From Xylographa opegraphella (lineage: Eukaryota), in NCBI GenBank assembly GCA_022813865.1, contig JALDZX010000038.1:1-64000 (forward strand): a stretch of 64,000 nt of DNA, given 5' to 3'. Made by a program: the position numbers and the translations under genes. Positions 49,741 through 61,622 of this stretch are shown piece after piece. A model generated the notes under the pieces. That model did not search any database. It was not told where the DNA came from and worked only from the letters and a program-made list of their open reading frames with translations. Numbering within the stretch: position 1 is the first letter of the stretch; every line of letters starts with the position of its first letter.

Positions 49741-49846
49741 TAGAGCCTTAAAACCGTACGAGACTGCCGCGGTCCAATCCTTCACGGCTATTTTCAGCCG
49801 ACTCCTCGATATCTATCCAGACGATTCTTCATGTATCAGCCATAGC

Positions 49847-52800
49847 ATGCCCGTTCCGACCAAGATTCTCAGAGTATCATGGTCAAATACCTTGCGACTA
49901 CCCAAGTCATTGTTTCCTGCCCGCCCTCACCTTACCGACCGCCCTCGATACTTAGAACAATGTACCGATAACCTTTATAAGTGGCAGCACAATGCCCCGA
50001 ACGGCTATGCATCTGCCGAAAATACTTTTATACTTCACGATGGGCCTCCGTACGCGAACGGTAGCCTTCATATTGGACATGCGTTGAACAAGATTTTGAA
50101 AGACATTACATGTCGCTTTCAACTTTCCCAGGGCAAGCGGGTGAATTATGTGCCTGGCTGGGATTGTCATGGGTTACCCATTGAACTCAAAGCTCTTCAG
50201 AAGCAACAAAAGATAGGGAGGCTGGCTGAGGATGAGCGGCTCGGCGCTGTCGCAGTCAGGAAAATTGCCAGAGACCTTGCGACACGCACCGTCGAAGCGC
50301 AGAAGAATGAGTTCCGGAAATGGGCTATCATGGCCGACTGGACCAATGCATGGAAAACAATGGACAAAAGTTTTGAGATTCGCCAGTTGTGGGTTTTCCG
50401 GATGATGGTAGAAAAGAACCTCATATACCGCCAGTTCAAGCCTGTCTACTGGTCACCTTCGTCTCACACCGCGCTGGCAGAGGCAGAGCTGGAATACAAT
50501 TCAGATCATGTCTCGACGGCTGCCTTTGTCAAATTTCCACTTATGCAGCTACCAGAGGTACTTCAGCAAAGATTCGGGACCGACGGGACGCAAATCAGTG
50601 CAGTGATCTGGACTACGACGCCTTGGACAATACCTGCCAATAAAGCTATAGCTGTACATGCAGAAATGGATTATGTTATTCTTGAATCTCAAACACATGG
50701 ACTCCTGCTTCTTGCTGCCTCGCGTATTGCTGATATCGAAGCTTGTTGCAACGAAACTTTCGGTATGCCTCTGTATGGAGTGATCCCGGGAGCGGAGCTC
50801 TTAGGTACTATCTATCGACATCCTGCACATGATAAGCAGACACAGTATCAACAGATAGTACACGCAGACTTCGTCTCAGCTGATTCGGGGTCGGGATTGG
50901 TACATATTGCCCCGGGTCATGGAATGGATGACTACAAGCTTTGCCAGCAGCTGGGGATTGCTGCCACGGCTCCTGTTGATGACTGGGGTTGCTTTACGAA
51001 GGACGCGCTTCCGACTGCTCCTGAAGTACTTGTCGGTAAGGCAGTCCTCGGTGAAGGCAACCAATCCATACTTGACTATTTATATACGCAAAATGCTATA
51101 TTAGCGTCCCATCCACACAAACACAATTATCCATATGATTGGAGATCAAAGCAACCTGTTATCATACGTGCAACGGAACAGTGGTTTGCTGATGTTGGAG
51201 AAATTCGTGATTCTGCGTTACAGTCCCTTGCCGCAGTGAGGTTCATTCCAGAGACTGGCAAAGAAAGGCTTTCAGGTTTTGTCCGTAATCGCTCTGAATG
51301 GTGTATTTCAAGACAACGTGCGTGGGGGGTACCTATTCCCGCGTTGTACCGCAGAGACACTGCAGCTTCACTTCTTACACCAGAAAGTGTCTCGTACATT
51401 ATTTCGGTCATGGAAGATCGAGGTATAGACGCGTGGTGGACTGACGAAGAGTTTGAAACGGCATGGGTACCGCCAGCGCTCCGTGATGAATGCGAATACA
51501 GGCGAGGAACAGATACTATGGACGTCTGGTTTGACAGCGGAACCAGCTGGGCTCAAATGGGCAGTACCAACGATGGGAACCATACCTCGACCGCAGACCT
51601 CTATATTGAAGGCACGGATCAGCATCGTGGCTGGTTTCAGTCCAGTCTCCTAACAAAGATTGCTTCCCAAACTTCTTCCCAGGCTCAAGGATCGCACTTT
51701 GCTCCATACAAGACGCTTATCACACACGGCTTTACTCTGGACCAGTATGGCAAGAAAATGAGCAAGTCTATCGGCAACGTAATATCACCAGATGAGGTAA
51801 TGAACGGAACTCTATTACCACCTATAAAGAGGAAGAATGTTAAAGGTGAATGTAAGACAAGTAGCCCACCTCTGGCATATGACGGTATGGGGCCAGATGC
51901 TTTGCGCTTGTGGGTCGCAAATTGTGACTACACAAGAGATGTCATTGTTGGTCAGCCAGTCCTGAAAGCTGTCAACGCAAGCCTGTCGAAGCTTCGAGTG
52001 ACCTTCAAGCTCTTGCTTGGAATGCTGGATACTCATTCAGCGACACGACGAGTTCACTTTGATGACCTAGGCATCATTGACCAGCTCGCATTAATGCAGC
52101 TCAGAAGCCTTGAGACTAATGTCCGAGGTTCGTATCAGGATTTCGAGTACCATAAAGCTATCAGCGCAATCAACCAATACGTTATCACAGACTTGTCGGC
52201 CTTTTACATTGAGAGCATTAAAGATCGTCTCTACGCAGATGCTGTTGCGTCTCAAAGCCGGATCCACGGTCAGATAGTTGTGTGGGAAATCTTCAAAAAG
52301 CTGTCCAGCATGCTAGCCCCCATAACGCCGCTACTCATCCAAGAGGCTTGCGACTATCTACCCAAAGACCTTACTTTGCACCCAGTCAAGGATGACTGGG
52401 ATGCACACGGACTGCCTGTCTGCGTTGATGGAGCCTGGGAGAACCAGCAGCTCGGATCAGAGCTAATATATCTTACCACAGCGAATTCTTCCGTCAAAAT
52501 CGCGCAGGAGTTGGCCAGAGCGGACAAGAAGATGGGCTCTTCCCTGCAATCTTTCGTCATACTCGATCTGAGTGGTTCGGACGACCAGGCGACTATTCGA
52601 GCTGCGGACGTCTTCGATAGATACTCTGCAGCTCTGGAAGATTTCTTCGTGGTATCAAAAGTCGACGTAATTACTGGCTCTCTTCCTTCCCAGGTCGACA
52701 GCGCTGTGTGGTCATATCGTTCAGAGTTTGAGGTTCATGGGGCCAAGGTGAAAGCTCTCGTTTATGAGCCGCAACGAGACAAATGTCCCCGCTGCTGGAA

Positions 52801-52885
52801 GTATACCGTACCTCTCATGGATGACAAGCCAGAAGACTCGCTTTGTCCTCGATGTACAGACGTTGTGGCTGGATTAGATATGTAA
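49847..52885 (+). CDS. ism1: Mitochondrial isoleucyl-tRNA synthetase, intronless
   Basis: 'LHDGPPYANG.LHIGH', 'PGWDCHGLPIE', editing domain 'WTTTPWT', 'GSGLVHIAPGHG', 'WCISRQR', 'KMSKS', C-terminal CPRC...CPRC zinc finger. First in-frame ATG is at 49847. Confidence 0.93.
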   Translation: MPVPTKILRVSWSNTLRLPKSLFPARPHLTDRPRYLEQCTDNLYKWQHNAPNGYASAENTFILHDGPPYANGSLHIGHALNKILKDITCRFQLSQGKRVNYVPGWDCHGLPIELKALQKQQKIGRLAEDERLGAVAVRKIARDLATRTVEAQKNEFRKWAIMADWTNAWKTMDKSFEIRQLWVFRMMVEKNLIYRQFKPVYWSPSSHTALAEAELEYNSDHVSTAAFVKFPLMQLPEVLQQRFGTDGTQISAVIWTTTPWTIPANKAIAVHAEMDYVILESQTHGLLLLAASRIADIEACCNETFGMPLYGVIPGAELLGTIYRHPAHDKQTQYQQIVHADFVSADSGSGLVHIAPGHGMDDYKLCQQLGIAATAPVDDWGCFTKDALPTAPEVLVGKAVLGEGNQSILDYLYTQNAILASHPHKHNYPYDWRSKQPVIIRATEQWFADVGEIRDSALQSLAAVRFIPETGKERLSGFVRNRSEWCISRQRAWGVPIPALYRRDTAASLLTPESVSYIISVMEDRGIDAWWTDEEFETAWVPPALRDECEYRRGTDTMDVWFDSGTSWAQMGSTNDGNHTSTADLYIEGTDQHRGWFQSSLLTKIASQTSSQAQGSHFAPYKTLITHGFTLDQYGKKMSKSIGNVISPDEVMNGTLLPPIKRKNVKGECKTSSPPLAYDGMGPDALRLWVANCDYTRDVIVGQPVLKAVNASLSKLRVTFKLLLGMLDTHSATRRVHFDDLGIIDQLALMQLRSLETNVRGSYQDFEYHKAISAINQYVITDLSAFYIESIKDRLYADAVASQSRIHGQIVVWEIFKKLSSMLAPITPLLIQEACDYLPKDLTLHPVKDDWDAHGLPVCVDGAWENQQLGSELIYLTTANSSVKIAQELARADKKMGSSLQSFVILDLSGSDDQATIRAADVFDRYSAALEDFFVVSKVDVITGSLPSQVDSAVWSYRSEFEVHGAKVKALVYEPQRDKCPRCWKYTVPLMDDKPEDSLCPRCTDVVAGLDM

Positions 52886-53119
52886 CTTTGTACGATATGT
52901 ATAATAGAGTGTTGATACCCCTCCATAAATTTATTTATTACAGCTCGCAGATTACTGATGTAGCGATGGCTTAGGATTTATTGTATGCTCATTAACTCCA
53001 ATTAGGTGCAGGGGAAACACTATAATTCTATGCCTGAAGCTTCTCCGCATTTCACAAGACTTTTATAATGATTTCAAAAACAGGAATACCCAAAGGATGA
53101 AACTCCTAATCGTCAAGTC

Positions 53120-55611
53120 TTACGGCTCTCTTCGGTTCCCAACCCGATCCAGCTCATCCCTTAGAAACCTATTCTCCTCCTCAAGCTTGTGTGCCCAATC
53201 ATTCTGGTCTCGTATAAGCGTCAGGATCCAGCCCTTCTGCGCGTCAAAATGTTTAGCGATCTCTTGCTCCAGAATGCCCATCTGAGCAATAAAGGACTTG
53301 ACAATCTCGTGCTGCAGCATTGAGAACTTCAGCCCGACAAGAGCCTGCAAAGCCACTGCATCGTCATCCTCGATCCTTGTAACATCAGTAGTGGCTCGGG
53401 CTGCCGCCGCTAGACTCGACTCCACCTGCTGTTTCGAAGACCGGCGTGACGCTTGCTGCTTCAAGTTTGTGGAAGCTTTGCGGGTGCCTGAGCCCTTGGG
53501 ATTGAGACTCGCGCTGCTGAGCGCAGATGCTGGAGTGCTAGGCTTCCTGCGAGCCGGGACCGACCGCCTAGACACGGACGTTCGGACGGTAGCGGGGCTC
53601 ACTTCTACATCCTCGTGGACATTGACGGCCTTCTTGGATATGAGAGGCGGGTTCCAGTCGATAATGGTGTCATCCGATGCCATGGATTGCGACTCTCTGG
53701 TATGGCGGGTCGGTTGACCAAGTTTATATGTGTCTCTTTTCTTCGTAGAGACGGCCTGCACCTCTTGCGGAATGATCTGCTTCTTTGTTGATGCGGCTGT
53801 CCAGTCGATGATTGTATCTGTAGAATTTTCTGTGGGTGTCGAGGTTGATAGTTTGTGTGTCGCCGAGGTCCTATTCCTGGAACCGGCGCGTGGTGGAATT
53901 GACGATCTCTTTCGAAGAGATGACTTACCCGCATTAGAGCTTGTTGTACTCTTCGGCTTGACACTTTGCTTTGAAAGAGTTCTGCTCCTGGCTACTACAT
54001 CCAGGTCAGGGGTAGCATCACCATTGAGATCCCGTTCGGATGTAGCTAATATAGACGTGCTCGGTGGTTCGAATATGTTGGTGCTATTCCTTTTAGCATG
54101 TCGTAATGCCAGCTGACCACCTTCTCTAGGTGTCGGTCGTGGTGGAACTTCTGGTGGTGACGGTTGCCTGTGGCCTGGGATAGTTGGTAGCATATTGATG
54201 TTGTTGCCTGCATGCTTATTGATGGCATTTCGATACTGTATTGAAACTACTGATTCATCAGGCCGTTCTTTATGTTTCCGATCGAATGATGCTGCCTTCG
54301 CGTCTACAGACTCGGCCAAAGCATAAGCATCAGCGAAAGCTGCTTGGAGAGGATTAGGCGTAAGTTGACCAATCTCAGAAGTGCGGTTACCATTTGTGTC
54401 AAGTTTAGCAGACATCCTTAGCCACTCGACATCAATTATTCGAGCCCTGCCTTCGAAAGTAGTCTTTGCCAGTAGCTTTCCACTGAGCTCGTATAGTAGA
54501 ACAAAGCCGTCTTGACATCCAATCACCACAAGGACGTCGTATGCGCTATAAAATTTGGAAACGGCGCTTAATTGCGGATGGTCTGATTTTGAAGTCAATA
54601 GTCCTGGGCTGATACGTAGAACTGAGAGACTTGTTGCGTATGTTTCGGTCGACCAGGTACGTATCAATGGAGGAGTTGACTCAAAATCTGTTATGCAGCA
54701 TTTGCCATCGGCGCCAATAGACGCAGTTGTACATTCAGAACCAGGCACAAAAGCGATGGAGGTGATACTGACGCTCTTGTTTCCTACATTATCCGAGCCA
54801 CTGCTAGAGGGACGTTCGTGAATAAATGAGGGTATAGCTTCTGTGACAATGGTATGAACATTCACAACGCTAGCAATTTCTGTAATTTGCTTGTGGTCAT
54901 TGCCGCCACGGAACACATGAGCCGTATCATAGACAGCTATTGAGCCATCCGCAAAGCCTAGGACCAAGATACTTGGCCGCTCAAGATGGAATGCTGCTAC
55001 CGCTACGGCCGCTGTAGTGGAAGAAGGCACTAGTCTTCTTGGGCAGCCTTCGAGGACTAGGCTCTGGAGGTATATAGTTGGCGGACAAGGAGATGCGGAT
55101 ACGAGTAGACATGGTGAAGGAGATATCGAAAAGACGGTAGGTGGGGATGGGTGTGTTTGCCCCGGATCAAGTATCCTCGCTTCCGAGATTGAATATGACT
55201 GAACCGCATTCTGAAGCGCCGTTGTGAAGAAAAGCCGCTCTGAAGATTTTTGGTACCTAAGTGTACGGAGTCGACCCTGACCATTTCTCCATCAGTGATA
55301 GTTTGCTCTCCCAATTAGGGCAATTAACTTACGTCTGCACCCTTCAACCTGTAACTTTGGTGCATCCCTTTCTTGACATCGTGAAGAATTACGACTTGGC
55401 GATCAGCAACAGCAATGAGATCTTTGTCGTCGGAGGCCTTTGTAGCTGCTACTATACCGCCAGATCCAGAACGAAAAAGTTCAGTAACACCAGCATTCGT
55501 CCACGAATAGACACCCCTTGTGCTAGTTACGACCACTTGGTGAGTAATCGGGATGGAGGCTGCAACATTGCATCCAAAATCATTCCACAAAGGGAACACC
55601 ACCTCTGACAT
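53120..55611 (-). CDS. WD40-repeat protein with disordered middle and C-terminal coiled coil (NEDD1-like architecture), about 811 aa (exons 55611-55333 and 55276-53120)
   Basis: A 56-nt GTAAGT...CTGAT...CAG intron joins ORF 55324-55611 to the frame of ORF 53120-55030. WD-like strands 'LVLGFADGSIAVYD', 'ASIGADGKC', 'VIGCQDGFVLLYE'. Terminal 'KLEEENRFLRDEL'. Confidence 0.8.
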
Positions 55612-56715
55612 GCTTAAAACAATATCGTTCGATGAACACTATGGTAAGCCATGATAATTGACAATGATGCTTCTTGAACATATGTACTTCTTTTTCTGAG
55701 AAAGGTTGCTAGCTGATTTGGGAATGCACATTCCATCGGAAAACGTGGAACGTTCTTTCCTAGAGCGAAGCTTTCACACCCACAGCTATTGTGTCTGTCT
55801 TCTCGGAGATCTCATCAATTGCAAACTCGCCCCTTGGCTCAAAGGATATCAGACACGAAAATGAAAACTTTTCTATATGTCATCCTCATACAAACCGGTA
55901 GATAGCGCACAGCTAAAGACACGAGAGCATCATATTTTTATGCTCGATCATTTCAGCACTTGAACAGCCCCCGTTACGAGATTTTCTTGTATTGGTTGGC
56001 GGTTTGGGAGTCTTCCGGATATCTTCACTTATGAGCTGCCGGTATTTCATTTCGTCCTCTCGACGTGCTGCACAGGTTAGTGCTGGATTGTAGTCTTTTT
56101 CCATGAGTAGTTCCCAAACGTCCATCTGTCAGAGGCAAACTCCTAATCAGCTGTAGAGGTTGTACCCACTATACTTCTGGCTAAGAGTGACGTGTTGTGA
56201 TGTGTCAGACTGGATATATAGACGGACAGATTCTCAGCGCCGCAGACAGCTTAAGACTACTCGTTTAAACCCGTTCACTTTGCTGAAATCCCGAAGCGGT
56301 CAGTTCAGATTGAGTATTTAAGCCGGCTGAAGCTGTTTATGAAAGCTGTTTTACTATTTTGGAAAGTTTGATAGTCGGCTCAGTTCGGCTCTATGGCTTA
56401 GCAATCGGCCCGAATGAAGGTTTCAAGCTGAGTGGTGGACTATTGGCGGCTTGCAAATATTCATTTATATCACCACATTAGGACCAGTAGATAGGAACGG
56501 TCAGAGATGCGAGTCACAAGTCAGGAAATCGAGAACATGTAAATTATGCTTGTCTAATGTATGTGAAGCTCCAGAAGTCCTGCTGCCTTTTCCGCCCTGC
56601 CATGCAGCTGCAATTGTAAGCACTGTCGAAAGCCCCCCTACAGTTCTTTCAGTAGACGTCCGTTTCAGTCGGGAAATCCCTAGACTACACATTATGGTAC
56701 AAAGTTAGGTAAGAC

Positions 56716-59204
56716 TCAGTCGACCTTCAGGCTCTGAAGTCGTGCTTCCGTGGAGATTACCTGGGATTGTGATGTCAGCATTCATGATGCTACAAAAATT
56801 CCCCGTTAATGGAACTCACGTCTAGGGCCTGCCGGACTTCCAAAGTCCGTCTCACTTCGCCCAACCAATCCCCACTGAGGGTCTTTGCCCAACCCGTAAG
56901 CGTGTTCATCTCCCTTGCAGCCTCGTCCAGATTTCCCTCTTCAAGCAAAGTCTCAGTCCGCGTAAGAACACTTTCCACATCGTCCCCTACCGCTCGACCA
57001 TGCTTCTTGAATAGTACTTTACTTAAAACAACGCTCGCCGCATGACTCGCAAGCCCAGCATCCTCAGGGAGTAAAGACGCTTTTCGCACTTCGCTGGCAA
57101 CACGACGGAATCGATCAATAAGTTGAGCCGAGGTCGGTACACCAAGTTGGTAGGCTGTCGGATTGATCGAAGCGATGGCGCTGTTGACCACAGAATCATC
57201 AGCAGCGATCTCCTTGAGAGCAGCCAGTTCCTTGATAAACGGCCGAGGGCGATCAGCGTGGTCGAGGCCAGCACGAACAGCTTCAACAGCCACTTGCAGA
57301 TGCTGTGCCTTGAGGTTAGCATCAATAACAGAATTCCAATCTGTCGTGAGCTTCTCAAGCTCGTCAACACTGTCCGCGAGTTCAGACAACTTGGACAGGC
57401 GCCCGTCTCGCTCGCTTTCGACGCGATCTCTCACATCTGTAGCGAATTGCTTCTTTAACGTGATGGCTTGTTCGAGGAGCTGATTGTTCACGCGCTTTTC
57501 CGATATTTGCTTGGCACGCTCAACTTCAGAATTTAAGCGTTGCTCGTAGGATTGAGATATCTTCTCACGCTCGGACTCAAATTCATCCTTCCATCTTGCT
57601 TCTTGATCACGCATCTCGTCTTCAAGACGAAGAACAAGTTCTTTGGCCGCTTTGTCAAACTCTCCTTGTGTTGCCTTGATTTTTTGTTCAGCTGCGGCCC
57701 GTTCTGCAGCTTTCAACTCAAGTATTCTCTTCCCGACACCAGCCAGTTCGCCTTTAGCCTTCGAGATAGTTGAGTTGAACTTCCCATTAGAGTTGTCAGC
57801 ATTTACAACAGTGATAATGTCGTTCAGAATTTTGACCAAATCCTGCACAAGAGGTTCCTCGGCATTATTGATCTTGAGACCGTCAATACGAGTAATGGGC
57901 ACAAACACACTCGGTTCATCGACTTCGGGTGATTTAACAGACGCCTTCGAAGACTCCCTAGCTTTGGCTGATTCTGTCTTGCTCGATGGTATGCTAGGAG
58001 TCGGAGGTTTGGGAACGGGCCCGGCCTGGGAATCAGTTCCCGTTGTTGCAGATGACTCGGCGGGTATTGACGCGTTAGATTTGGGCGCAGCTTCAGATTT
58101 TGACGATTGCTCAATCGAAGGAGGTGTCTGAGGAGCATCTGCCGTCGTAGCAGATGAAGCGACAGCGGAGCTCGATGGCGCAGCTTTCTTCGCTGCATCT
58201 ACTGCTTTTACCTTTTCAGCGGATGTCACATCAGCCGGCGCAGTCTGAGCATGTTCCACACTTGGACTAGGCTTGTTCTCTTCCAACGCGCTCATGTGAC
58301 GACCTTTTTTTCCCAGATCGCTACCTGCCGAATCATCTTCTGATACTTTCCATGAAAGCCCACTTTTGCTCGGAATGGTGATTTTGTGACCAGTATCCCG
58401 GGGAGCTGTAGGCCGATTGGTGGGACTCGTAGCTCTGGGAAACCGTCTGCGGAATTCACGTTCTTCGAAATATAGGACTGCGTCTTCACCAAAAGGTATG
58501 TATTCAGTAAAAAAGTCGTGGAAATTATCCGAGACCAACGAGTACCATACCCCGCCTGCGAAGCCAAGACCAGTGAGTACTGTCAGATACAAAAGGAATC
58601 TGCGGAAACGCCGAGGCTTTTTCTTGGGAGGAGGTGGTGATGGTGAGCTTGGGAGGCTGGAAATAGAGGGCGGAGGAAGTGGAGGGTTAGAGGAACTCGC
58701 TTTTGTCTCGGGTGTGGGTATCGAATTCAATTGGGTATCCTGGGCAGGTTCTCTGGGCGGCAGAGGCGTTAAAGGTACATTGTCCGCAGCTATGCTGCCA
58801 ATTTGACGGCCTTCGGGCGGTGGCGGAGTCAAAGATATGTCATCTGCGGGTATACTGGCAATTTGTCCAGGCGTTGCGGCAGGCGTACGTCCAGGAGACG
58901 TAGGAGCGACTGGTCCAGGCGGAGATGGTGTAGCTGCCGTAGCGGTTCGGCTCTGGGAACCGGGGAGCACAATAGCATCCGAATTATGTATATTCGGCTT
59001 TGTATCACCACTAGGCTTGCGAGTGTCGGCCAATGCCCTCTGCTAATTTGTCAGTCAATCGTCTGGGTTGGTGAAAGAAGAAAAGGTTGGCATTACGGTA
59101 AAGACGAATACCGGGGGCAGGTGACTCTGCCATTGGGAAGTCAGCCTTGATGTAATTGGCGCAAACACAGCTCGTCTACTCAGCGGCAGAGCTGCGCGCA
59201 GCAT
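56716..59204 (-). CDS. mic60: MICOS subunit Mic60 (mitofilin/Fcj1), 3 exons
   Basis: Presequence MLRAALPLSRR; TM segment followed by 'SDNFHDFFTEYIPFGE'; long coiled coil; mitofilin domain 'RKASLLPEDAGLASH', 'GNLDEAAREMNTLTGWAK.L..DWL'; last exon VISTEARLQSLKVD-stop. Confidence 0.93.
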
Positions 59205-59430
59205 TGTGAGCCGCGTAGAGAATGAGACTGTAAAGTGACGGCGGGAGATAACGACTGGCGACACTTGCTCTCGTGGAGAAAGTCTGAGGTTGAGAATTGA
59301 GATTCCTGTTCCTGGCGGGACCGAATGCCGCTAGCGTGCTGTGTAGATCTGAACTCCATTCATCCTTGAGGACTGGTTCTACAGTGATTTACTCTGCCTG
59401 CCTCGTGGTGAGGATGGGTATTTGTACAAA

Positions 59431-60915
59431 ATGGCAATTGATCGGAGAAAAATCGCTCTCGTTGGTGCAGCAGCAGCATTGCGCCTTGTACTTTTCGGGG
59501 CATTTCCTTTGTTGCCTGATCTTCTCACAGGACGAGTAGAAATATCAACGCCAGTAACAAGCTTCAAAAGACGTACAGTTCCACGATCCTTTGTCTTTCT
59601 AGGCTTGTATACTCTAACATTGTCCATAGTGCAAGAGGGTCTTTTCCTCTACACACACGGTGTCTCTCCATACGATGGTGGCGTTTTCTACCAGGTATCA
59701 CAATTGCCCAAGTGCTTCATCATCTATAAGCTGAATATGGGGATAGGCTCCTCTATTCCTTCCACTGTTTGCACTTATTCCTACTTCAATCTTCTCTATC
59801 ATCACATCACTACTCTATGTTCTGCTTGACATTTTGTGCGCGGATGCACTTATTAGGATAGCGAAATCATGCGAGTCAACCCGCTCGAGGCTATTCACGT
59901 CCCCTAGGAAGGATACAAAGTGGGATAGCATAGCGGTGGCTGCAGCGTACGATATCCCAGGGCTTCGAAATTATACCGAGCTTTCGAACTGACATCCGCA
60001 GATATCTCCTCAACCCGCTAACCATAGCTACTTGCGTTGGCCGGCCTACGAGTGTCTTCACCAATTGCGCAATTCTCTTTGCAATAATGAAAGCCATAGA
60101 TCGAGAACACCTCAATGCAATGCTGGCTCTTGCATTGGCTTCATACCTGTCACTTTATCCGGCATTGCTTTTACCTCCGCTCCTGCTACTCTGCCATGAC
60201 CACCACCACAGTAACTCGAAGAATGAGAGCAATACTTACAGTTTCTTGGCCATGTGCATGACTTCATATTTTGGGGCTATTGGACTTTTGTTGTTTATGT
60301 CTTATCATATCACTGGAGGGTCATGGGAATTCGTATCCTCTACATATGGCGTGCAACTTCTCCTCCCAGATCTGACTCCAAATGTTGGATTATGGTGGTA
60401 CTTCTTCATTGAGATGTTTGACTCGTTTCGAGAGTTCTTCCTCGGGGTGTTCTGGCTGCATCTGGGAGGATATGTTGGCGGACTTTGCATCAGGGTCCGA
60501 AAGCAGCCGTTATTTGTCATTACCGCGATGCTTGGGATATTCGCCGTCTTCAAGCCTTATCCCAGTATATCTGACACCTCTTTGTATTTCGCACTTCTTC
60601 CCCTTTACCGCCATGTCTTTCCTTGTAAGCCACACACGAGAAGTTCTCTTAGTGAAAGGACACTGACAGCGTTTAGTAATGCGATACACATTTTTTACCG
60701 TGGCGACACTTCTCTATGCCACCCTTCTTGGCCCAGCATTCTACTATCTGTGGATATACGCCGGGTCAGGGAATGCCAATTTTTTCTACGCCATCACCCT
60801 TGTGTGGAGTCTGGGCCTTTCCCTCATCGTTGCGGATTCTCTATTTGCTGTCTTGCGCGACGAGTGGGAAGTCGAAAGACCGGAAATGAGAGGCAAAGAT
60901 GTAAGACAAATATGA
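59431..60915 (+). CDS. gab1: GPI transamidase subunit Gab1/PIG-U, 5 exons
   Basis: 'RVEISTPVTSFKRLQEG', 'SPYDGG.FYQAP', 'DLTPNVGLWWYFFIEMF', 'FKPYPS', 'GSGNANFFYAITL'. Confidence 0.93.
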
Positions 60916-60992
60916 GGGCTTTCGGACATAGTTCTTGACATAGTATCCCCACGGAGATTTTGTAATCCCTCCAAACTCGATCAAAAACTCGA

Positions 60993-61622
60993 TTAACCCA
61001 GGCCTTTCGATAGAATCACATAGTCAGGCACTATGACGATGCCTCCTCTCAGCGTCCTCTCCTCTGGCGAGAAGGCGTCGACATCATATCCCAACTTCTC
61101 ATAAAAGTTTCTGGCGTCTTCATTGGCCACAAAAACCGTTAACATAGCCTTTTCTACTCCAACCTTGCGGCCCACCTCTTCTACCAGACCCATCAGCCGC
61201 TTACCCAGCCCTCCTCTGCGTAAAGTCTCCGCAAAGTGGATTTCATATACATAAAGGACCTCCTTTCCGTCCTCATATGTCAGCATAAATGAGAGGAAGC
61301 CTTCAGGTGGGCTATCAGGCGTGCGCTTGACGAGAAAGTAGCGCAGATCGGGCAATCGCATCTCCTTCTGTTTTCTTCGAGGATGCCAGCCCTTGCTTGA
61401 TGCTGTGTAAGTGGAGGCACTGGTGGTAGCAATGAGATTAAAGCACGATGACAGATCAGCCGAAGAAATTGTGTTGGAGGTGTGAAGATAAATTTTGTAG
61501 GTGGTTGAGCTTTGCGGGTGGGTGTAGCTAGAACAGCGGTGGTTGTCCGGCAAATACAAAGACGCGAAGGTAGACAGGGGCAATGCGTTTATACCCTCAA
61601 TGAGAGGTAATTGAGGAGTCAT
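60993..61622 (-). CDS. nat4: N-alpha-acetyltransferase 40 (Nat4/NatD), GNAT family, 209 aa
   Basis: 'Y..SSKGW....KQKEM...DLRY', 'VLYVYEIH', acetyl-CoA motif 'RRGGLGK.LM', 'MLTVF..N..A..FY.KLGY', 'YVILSK'. Confidence 0.85.
   Translation of the reverse strand: MTPQLPLIEGINALPLSTFASLYLPDNHRCSSYTHPQSSTTYKIYLHTSNTISSADLSSCFNLIATTSASTYTASSKGWHPRRKQKEMRLPDLRYFLVKRTPDSPPEGFLSFMLTYEDGKEVLYVYEIHFAETLRRGGLGKRLMGLVEEVGRKVGVEKAMLTVFVANEDARNFYEKLGYDVDAFSPEERTLRGGIVIVPDYVILSKGLG

Noticed and set aside
49559..49846. ORF-track N-terminal extension of IleRS with (CSTVVFDCCVRLL)n
   Set aside because: It is a translation of the stop-free 13-bp minisatellite from a non-ATG start. The first in-frame ATG is at 49847 and gives a normal N-terminus.
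56250..56390. Two imperfect hairpins suggesting an H/ACA RNA or MITE
   Set aside because: Pairing is loose, with no H box between the stems, no properly placed ACA and no target-site duplication.
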